Position numbers and translations under genes: made by a program | The notes under the pieces: generated by a model | What the model was told of the DNA's origin: nothing | Databases searched by the model: none | Seen by the model: the letters and a program-made list of their open reading frames with translations, nothing else | Part shown: one piece after another, positions 60,306 through 64,000 of the stretch | Position numbering within the stretch: position 1 is the stretch's first letter | How the letters are laid out: each line of letters starts with the position of its first letter | NCBI GenBank assembly: GCA_973895155.1 | Contig: OZ316895.1 | Location: 5,397,181-5,461,180, forward strand | Source of the DNA: Marsupella aquatica | Lineage: Eukaryota; Plantae; Marchantiophyta | Length of the DNA stretch: 64,000 nt | Reading direction: 5' to 3'

Positions 60306-61299
60306 GGACACTTGCACCACATCACATCCCAGCGACGCAGCTCGAATAGCGTAGTTGCAGACGAAGCTCTCGGATGTTCGTCATGTAAATTTCCACCACC
60401 ACTCATAGATAAAAACTTCCAAGAGCTGTGGCTACGAAAAGACCTAAATGGAAATTGCTCATATGGATGTCAAAACAGACGATTCAACGAAGGCCAACGC
60501 TAGGGTTTTGACAGCTGAGACCGAAACGCCTCCCAATTTTGAAACCTGCTTTGACTGCGTTTTCATCTCTGCGGGTCTATGCAGCAGAGCCATAACCCTA
60601 ACTCTCTAGCTTCGACGGATAGGTGAGACAAGTGTGCCACAAAAGCTCGAGATCATCCAAATTCGGAAATTCGGATAGGCCCAGGCATCACTAACAAAGG
60701 GCTAGCGAATTCCAACAGAAGACTGTGGGGGGCACCTGGAAGTGCCCAGAAGACTGGAAGGGCCAGCACTAGGAAAAGAAGCAAGACCACTATTGGAATA
60801 GTTTGAGTTTGCATTTGCTCTCTTCTTTTGTGTTCCTTGTTTTGTCCTCTTTGGACTTATATTGCATTTACTCTGTCAGAGTTTCCCTGAAGTGGTCAAT
60901 TCATGGTCAGTGGACCATTATTTTCACTCAAATTCAGGGTGAGTTAACATTCTAACCCAGCTTCAACTATTTAAACTGAAAGAAGGCCTCCTGGAGGTGC
61001 TTCACTCAAATTCCCTGATAGAGAGAGCTGCTGCACACTGCTAAAGAGCTCTGTGTTAACGTACCCTCAGTTTTGTGACTTAGTTGTGTGAGGACTGATT
61101 TTACGGGTAATAAATTTTGGGCTGTCAGTGGGCTTTCCATCGATTCATTTGTGTATAACTCTATAGTAATTTGGCCCTTGTAACAAATGGCCTTCTTTTG
61201 CTTTAAAAAATGGAATAGACTCTAGACCAGACTGTTTTCACCAAAGAAAAGGGAAGGGTCACTTCTTGTTTCTAAAAACATCTCCAACCTCGTCTCCAA

Positions 61300-62100
61300 C
61301 CCAAAATCTTTTGAAATGAAGTTCAATGATGCAAGTCCCTTGAATGTGAGCACCTATGGCAGGCAGCTCAAGTCATTCATTGGGGTTCCATAGAATCACC
61401 ACTATCCATTTTGACAACACACTTTGTAAGCAGATTTCAATGCGTTATATTGTGCTCAAGATAGAGTGATCTATCCTAGATCTTTTAGCCGTGGTTCCCT
61501 AGTGCACCTCAACAGAGGCATTCCCATATAGAGGCATCCATCCACCTCAAATTGGGTAGTCTTTCAATACATCTGTAGAAGGTAAAAGTCGAGACAATCC
61601 CAGCCTATGAACAGTGCATTGAGTCATCAAATTAATTTTAATTTACCTATTTAAACTATCTTTGATAAACTTTGACCTACAATCACCACCAAATAAACTC
61701 GAAATCTCCTCCCTCTTCAATTTACCTGTTACTTTTGCTCTCCTTCCAAATGGAAAATGCCAGAAATCTTTCACCTTTATTGGAATCCCTTTTGAAGGAA
61801 GAAATTCAGCCGCCGCAGCATCTGCATCTTCTCCCTTGGTACTCTCCTTGGCAAAAGCATTGTTCTTAACATGCTTCTCAAGAATTTTCAAGAAGGCAGT
61901 AGGAGCATTATGGACAGTAAATGGGCACACCTCAAATTGGGTAGTTTCCCACCCTTGGGTGGCGCCATGATTGTCACTATACTTCTACAATTCTCCAAAT
62001 TAGGGAAAATTAAATTGATGAGAGGATCTGGTCTCCTCCAAGCATAATTCAATTTCTCTCTAAAGCTTCTCTCTGTCATTCTCAACAAATATTCTCCCTC
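61300..62100 (-). pseudogene. Degenerate transposon accessory ORF relic
   Basis: Fragmentary minus-strand frames (KVKDFWHFPFGRRAKV..EEISSLFGG; IGWDCLDFYL) and an 18-bp direct repeat CACCTCAAATTGGGTAGT at 61543 and 61928. Confidence 0.3.
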
Positions 62101-63504
62101 CCTTCAAAATCCAACTTTTGGCATCCACTGCTAGTTCATCAAAACTATTTTCTCAAAAGTAAGAAAGTTCTCAGTTAAGACAAAAGTATGTCGATCAGGA
62201 CAAAAATGAAGTATTTAGCTTTAAAACTCATGATTCTACCCCTTTAAAAACAAATTGGAACTTGGATTGAACAATTTAACACTTTTGAGTAATTTAGAGA
62301 GTTTACTCATCTCTTTGACAATAAATCAAAAATTGATCAAAGAGATAAAAAAACAAAACACAGAGAACATAAAACTTTTGAGTTTGGACAACAAGAAAAG
62401 CTTTTCAAGCTAAGGTCTACAAGACTTTGAACTCCGTCACCACTTCTTAAGAAAGAATTCTGGCATGCTTTAAGACGTTACGAGTCAAAAGTAAATCTTG
62501 CAAAAACTGTTCTTTTCTCATCATCAAAAGTTCTCATGAGAGAAAGTTCTAGTGCTCACTACAACCACAACATATTTTTGGCTACAATTGCAGTGAAGTG
62601 ACATTAAACGCCGGCAACATGGTTTATTCATCAGCGATACACAATTCAGAATAAACACTAATGCACAACGGTGAAAAATAGCAGTACTTAACGTCATGAG
62701 CAAAACTCTTGCTTCTTGCAAACAAAAGATATATTTTCAATGATGAATATTAATTAAATGGGGGAGAACATGAACACAGTGTTTTCTTCATCGGTCTGAA
62801 CAATGTTGTTGACTGGTCCTTCTTTGGCAAGATTGATATGGCTATTAGGACACAAAAGCGTAATCCTGGCTTCCCGCCTATCACTCATGAGATGCTTAGC
62901 GTCCTCTGGCTTGACCAACGCCAACGCATGTATCAAGGTAACACTACCCAGATTCCATTGCATCACATTCTTCATGGAGTTTCTGTGAATTAACATTCAT
63001 GTAGTGTGCAATAGGCCATCTAGCTGGACTCCCGAGTTGTACTCACTGAGATGACTGACAGAGCCATTGTGACTACTGGTAACAATTTTGGTAGCATTCA
63101 CAATGTGGGAGTCTAATTGTAGCTTGTGTCACCAACATTTCCATCATAGGGAGGCGCTTTAACATGTTTGTAGTGTGGATTTGCATTATTTATCATCAGC
63201 TTTTAAACCGCCACTGTCCACTGCAAAAACCTGGTTATACCAGATTGCTTAATATAGAAGATATTTCAGGCCCGGGCATTCCCAACTGTTTCTGGCAGGT
63301 CACTTTTTGGCCCGGTCAGCTCTACACCTATCCCAGTGTCCCTACTCGTTTTACGGAGGGGGGTGAGTTTCAGAAGCCTAGGTGGGCAAGTCCTCTCGCC
63401 CATGATGCACCAGAGTCCAGAGCAGAGTCATGCTTTTCCTCCTCCCATGCTGCGTGTGTAAACCGTTGCAGAGTCAATCGATCCTTTTCCTCCTCCCATG
63501 TTGC

Positions 63505-63849
63505 GCGAGTACGAGTCGTTTGCACCCCAGCCTCGTTTTGGCTTATATCCACAACAATTGTCTGCTGTCCCATTGCTGTGCTTTGCTGCCCGGCATGGTA
63601 ACTCCATCGCCAGACTGTGGAGCTCGACGAGGTGTACAAATGGTTGCCGTAGATGGTGATTCTGTGATTGAGGTTGGAGTTTAGGACGATGAGGGTTCGG
63701 TTCACTTGGCCATCCGCCTCTTCCCAGAAAGCATAGATACCCCCTAAGCCTGTTGCCACTACGAGCACATCCCCTAAATCATCGATCACCAATCCCCTAG
63801 CTCCTGTCACATTAGCTGCCCAGATTTCTATTTGGAATGGAGAGAACAT
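63505..63849 (-). pseudogene. N-terminal part of a PQQ-dependent sugar/sorbosone dehydrogenase beta-propeller (AA12-like), truncated
   Basis: FQIEIWAANVTGARGLVIDDLGDVLVV...LNH(R)ITIYGNHLYTSSSSTVWRWSY...TTRT matches the PRxI..D..G.LLV, LNHGI, LYAS..VY.W.Y and GH.TRT motif series. After TTRT the frame runs into a duplicated ATWEEEK/AAWEEEK repeat and the homology stops. Confidence 0.68.
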
Positions 63850-64000
63850 GGCGATTCCACTATTCGTTCAGCCAAGCACAAGTAGAATCCCCCATGTTGA
63901 TTACAACAACTTTTCAAGCCCAGCCCACTCACAAACCTCCATGGCTATGGCAGCAGCCCACCAGGGTAACAAACCATGGCTAATAAGGCATTCATGCAAA

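Overview
Eukaryotic nuclear DNA with GT-AG introns, from a non-seed land plant and most likely a bryophyte such as a liverwort (inferred from the intron-containing ALS gene, the long CpG-rich 5' leaders and the TE types). The first ~25 kb is a nested stack of transposons. A 4,714-bp TG...CA solo-LTR-like element with a GTCAT target duplication, ~78% of it one antisense ORF of ~1,225 codons, sits inside a P-superfamily transposase gene. The P element sits inside a CACTA transposase; the CACTA sits in an LTR-like segment; that segment interrupts a Mutator (MULE) transposase. The MULE carries an accessory cassette: an intact stand-alone RNase H1 hybrid-binding-domain gene, a 9 x 114-bp palindromic tandem array, and a convergent zinc-finger/Pro-rich gene built from duplicated exon-intron modules. 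The remaining ~39 kb holds three apparently intact host genes (a 10-exon C2H2 zinc-finger protein, an 8-exon acetolactate synthase, an intronless PPR-SMR protein), LINE and MULE relics, local duplications, and a truncated PQQ-dependent (AA12-like) dehydrogenase. The best candidates for novelty are the gene-carrying giant LTR, the MULE accessory cassette and the P-like element. All family calls come from motifs recognised by eye; no searches were run.
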